This document shows positions 60,340 through 64,000 of a stretch of 64,000 bases of DNA, piece after piece; within the stretch, counting starts at the first letter, position 1, and the number at the start of each line of letters is the position of its first letter. The stretch lies in contig OZ316896.1 of assembly GCA_973895155.1 (NCBI GenBank), positions 9,869,525 through 9,933,524 of the forward strand, in the 5' to 3' direction. Made by a program: the position numbers and the translations under genes. The notes under the pieces were generated by a model. The model was not told the DNA's origin and did no database searches. It was given only the letters and a program-made list of their open reading frames with translations. This stretch comes from Marsupella aquatica (Eukaryota > Plantae > Marchantiophyta).

Positions 60340-63300
60340 ATGGAACCCGGGCCGAGGCTGGAGGTAAGGGCGCTGAGGGTGAAAACTCGATTAGGGTTAG
60401 GGCGCGTTAAGCATCGGCGGCTAGGAAGGATCAACGGGAAGAAGGACCGGCAGAGGAGAGGGGTAAGGAGCGCTTGCAGGAGATGGTGGCTCATTTGCGA
60501 GCACGAACTAGGCAGACGACTACGGGAGGCCAACTACTGTCAGCTGCTTAGGCAAGCACTCGGGGAGAGAGTAGATACCGACGATCGACCTAAGGAGGGT
60601 ATGAGCAACGTCAATCAAGCGGCACATTTATGGGGATGCCTGTTCGAACGGGCAACTGAGTACATCAAGACTTACGAGGACGAGGAGTCAGAAAGGGCAG
60701 CTCGAGAACGGCAGGAGCTCGCTCGATTGTGGGAGCTGCAGAAGACGGCTTTCTTAGGAGGCGAACTCATCAAGGACGAGTTCCTGTGGACGCCTACTTC
60801 CAATCAACTCGACGATCTTCTGTTTTGCAAAGACAGCGTCGTCGGCATCCAAGAGGCCATCAAGAACTGCAACGACATACACTGGGAATTAAAGGGTAGC
60901 ACGGAAAGGTGGACCCAGGCAACGGTGCTAGGAGAAACCTCCACGGCAGCAGAGATGAAGAGGAAGGGAGCCGTCAACGATGAAGCCACCCCGGCAAAAA
61001 GAACGAGGTCGGCGGCACCAAAGAAGCCAGCCGAGCAGCAGAGCAGGAGGCAGGGAGAAGCCGAAGAGGAGGAGGTCGATCCCATCAAGGCCATTCCAAC
61101 CAGGGATGACACCTGGAAGGGCTGGGCGGCAACCCTACCGGTGGAGGTGCAACTACATTTTGCACGGGAGGAGGATGCATGCTTCACGGCCATGCAGACC
61201 AAGAAGTACCAAGGCTTCATGGCCGGATCCGGCTTAGAGGCCTTTGTAAGATTACCATGGCTGAAGCCGGAGGTACCGGAGTCAGACCTATTAGAATTTG
61301 TGGGGTCATGGGAACCCGAGACCAATTGCACGAGGATATATGGGAAGGATTTCTATCTTACTCCCAAGGTAATTGCCGAAGTGTTTGGCTTGCCGATAGG
61401 CAATAAGACCAAAGTTGATACCAGGAAGACCTTGCCTGACAAGGAGTTCCGGTCGTTCCCCAGGCCATCAACGAAGAATGGCTTCTTCCGGAACACCTGC
61501 ACCAACCCGCACATAGGAGAGATGATCGACTTCTTGCGGGTGACCATGCATTGTAACTTGCCGAGGGCAGAGATCGGCAAGGCACAGGTCTATCTGGCAG
61601 AAAGGCCAGACCCAAGCCGGGACTACAATGGGTACCTCCTCAACCAATTGAAGAAGATCTTAAAGGAGGAGCAGCAGGTAATCGGCATGGGGAGCGTGTC
61701 GCGGCTTGGCTATCACATGCCGCTGTTGTGCCGGTATGCCAGAGGTCAGACTTTTGCCCCGGTACTTCCCCTGCAGGTAAGGGCACCCGAAGAAGCTCCA
61801 ACGCCGAGGCCGTTGGCTGAGAAGCCTCAACCACCTGTTAGCCCTACGATCGAGCAGGTGTTTAGGCCCAGGAAGGAGGACTTGCCGATGCAGCAACCAG
61901 GCATGCAGAGTCTGCTGAAACTACTGGAGAACGAAAAGAAATCGGCATCGGCAACAACAACGGCAACGACAACAATGCAGGACACTACTACAGAGGTAGG
62001 CCTACACCGGCTCACAAGAGAAAACCCCTTTGCTGGAGACAAGGAGAGAATCAGGCCTGAATCCAAGCCAGGTGTTCGAATGTATGTGGGAATCTCAAGC
62101 TCCGAATCTGAGGCAGAATTGCCTGAAGCTCCTACCGACGAAGAGGAGAGGGAGAAGCCGGACGGCCAAGAAGTAGAGGAGGCAGTGGAGGACTGCAGCC
62201 ATGATAATTCCGGCTATGGGTCGGACCATCACGTCCCAGGAGTAAGGACCTGTGGCCAGTTTGTCCCCACACTTCCAAGGGTAGTGCGAGGGGACCCCAA
62301 CCAGCAGAGTAGCCCTGAGTCTCCCCCACCAGATGTTGCTCCCCCGAGCTTCGACGGCATAAAACAGACGGTGCAGGAATTTTAGGAGCGAATCAAGCAG
62401 GAAGAGGAGGCAGCCCTGGCTAGGGAAAAGGATTTACCAGGAGGAGATTGGCCGGAGGACATCAGGCGGCTAGCCAAAAAAGGAAGCAAACCTCTAGCCA
62501 CGATTGAAGAGATCCGCAAGATGGCTTGGGAGCAGAGGCCGCGATGGGCGATGCCGATCACTTCTACTTACTCCACCTACGCTAAGAATAGAGCCATGGA
62601 GTATGGTGAGATGTGTGGGGAACTTGCGCTCGGCATCTTTGGAGAGGAGTTGGAGGTAGGACCCTTTTTCCATAGGGAGCAGTTGGAGAAGCACCAATTA
62701 GAAGAAGCGGTGGCTTTAGAGAGAAGCAAGAAGGACAAGGTCATTCGACGGCTTAGGAAGATGGAAGCCGAGATTGAAGATCTAGGGGCGGCCAAGAAAG
62801 CCCAAGATGAACTGCGGATTAAACGACATGAGCTGAACATCATGCAGGGGCAGTTGGACACCGCGCAGGCTGATAATCAGAATATCAAGGATAAACTGAC
62901 TCAGACGTAGGGAGAGTTGGCCGACACGATCAAAGAGAGGGAGAAGTGGAAGCAAGAGCTGAAGAATACAGAGGAGGCCCACATAACAGCCAACAGCCGG
63001 GCCATGGCGGAGACCCAAAGAAAGGAATGGGCGTTGAAGGGGGAGCTCGAGAAAATCCGCGGAGCCCTTGAGCAGAAGGAGGCCGAGTTAGGGAAATCCT
63101 ATCAAGGGATTATGGCGCTGTAGCAGGAGCTTGCGTCCCTGACGGCCAGCTTCAAGGCCGACCTAAGGGAGAAGGACGAGATGCTCGAACAGACTTACGC
63201 CAAGATGAACCAGATGGAGTCTGTCATCATTGCAGAGCTCGACAAGGAGCTAAGAGCAACCCAGGAGGAGAGGACTACCTTGAAACAAGAACGGGAGGAA

Positions 63301-63975
63301 GCCCAGAAGGAACTAGAGGAGGCACGCAAGGACCTGGATGAGACCCATGAGGAGTTGGAGGAAATCATGAGGAAGATGGAGAACCTCCAGCGGCGGGCCG
63401 ACAACCAAATGGAGCGGCTGAAGAAACAAGCCGCAGTATTTAAGTGCTTGTCTTCATCAGGCCCAACTCCAATTGGGGCAACCAAGTTACCAGGAGTGGT
63501 ACTGGCCGAAGAAAAAGCCGCGCCAACTGCACCAGTGCCGGAAGTAAGTGGGAAGGGGAAGGGACCAGCTGCCGAACCAGAAAAGAAGAAAAAGCGGAAA
63601 CCTTCAGGGTCAAGGAGTAATCCGACTCCACAAGCCGTGGTGACCAAAGAGGTAGAACCAGCACCATCCTCCGGCATGAATACGGCAATAGATCCTGCTA
63701 TCATCACAGGTGGGGGTGGTGCGGCCCAAGCCGAACTACTCAGTAATGAGGCCCGTATTCCAGATCCGCCTCTTGAGCAGGCCGGGGAGACCGTAGCCGA
63801 GGCTGAGGCCGTAACCGATTCCCAAGCCGATGCCGACGCCGATGGTGGACCCAGTCAGGCCGAGGGAGAATTGACTCAGTCAAGGGCAGGTAATCTGTCA
63901 GGGAATGAGCCTACGGCAGTGGCTGAGGAGGAAGCGTTGGGGGCGTCCATTAAGGATCCACCACCTGTGTCGTGA
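60340..63975 (+). pseudogene. Extra ORF: plant-mobile-domain-like segment plus long coiled coil, with several TAG stops
   Basis: GLEAFVRLPW..EFVGSW..GKDFYLTP..VFGLPIG; ORFs 60340/62521/62917/63181 share one frame. Confidence 0.7.
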
Positions 63976-64000
63976 CGGAGCAAGGGCGCCGTTCCTTTTA

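Larger units (their letters stand above)
57040..64000 (+). mobile_element. Second non-chromovirus Ty3/gypsy element, 5'-truncated (no gag, PR or LTR seen), running off the window
   Basis: pol plus an extra ORF homologous to that of the first element; left boundary approximate. Confidence 0.9.

Overview
This window is repeat-rich nuclear DNA of a non-flowering land plant. It has spliceosomal GT-AG introns, and the gene and TE content suggest a bryophyte, possibly a liverwort (inference). From left to right it contains: (1) a decayed hAT transposon interrupted by a complete 13.4-kb non-chromovirus Ty3/gypsy element, whose 1,869-bp LTRs each carry an RPA1-C-like OB-fold ORF; (2) an apparently intact 9-exon secreted acid/triacylglycerol lipase gene; (3) a 4-exon orphan gene with three PQ(P/A)GD repeats; (4) a pseudogenised receptor-like kinase with an alpha2delta/CACHD1-like Cache-VWA ectodomain and a non-RD kinase, split by a very young Ty1/copia element; (5) a ~12.6-kb inverted-repeat-bounded unit encoding a ParB-like + beta-class N4C/N6A methyltransferase-like fusion, an FCP1/NIF-type HAD phosphatase and a divergent transposase-like remnant, with nested MITEs and a palindromic minisatellite; (6) a 16S rRNA fragment; and (7) a second, 5'-truncated gypsy element. 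The best candidates for undescribed biology are the ParB-methyltransferase mobile unit, the LTR-encoded RPA-like protein and the Cache-VWA non-RD receptor kinase. All domain calls come from motif reading by eye; no searches were run.
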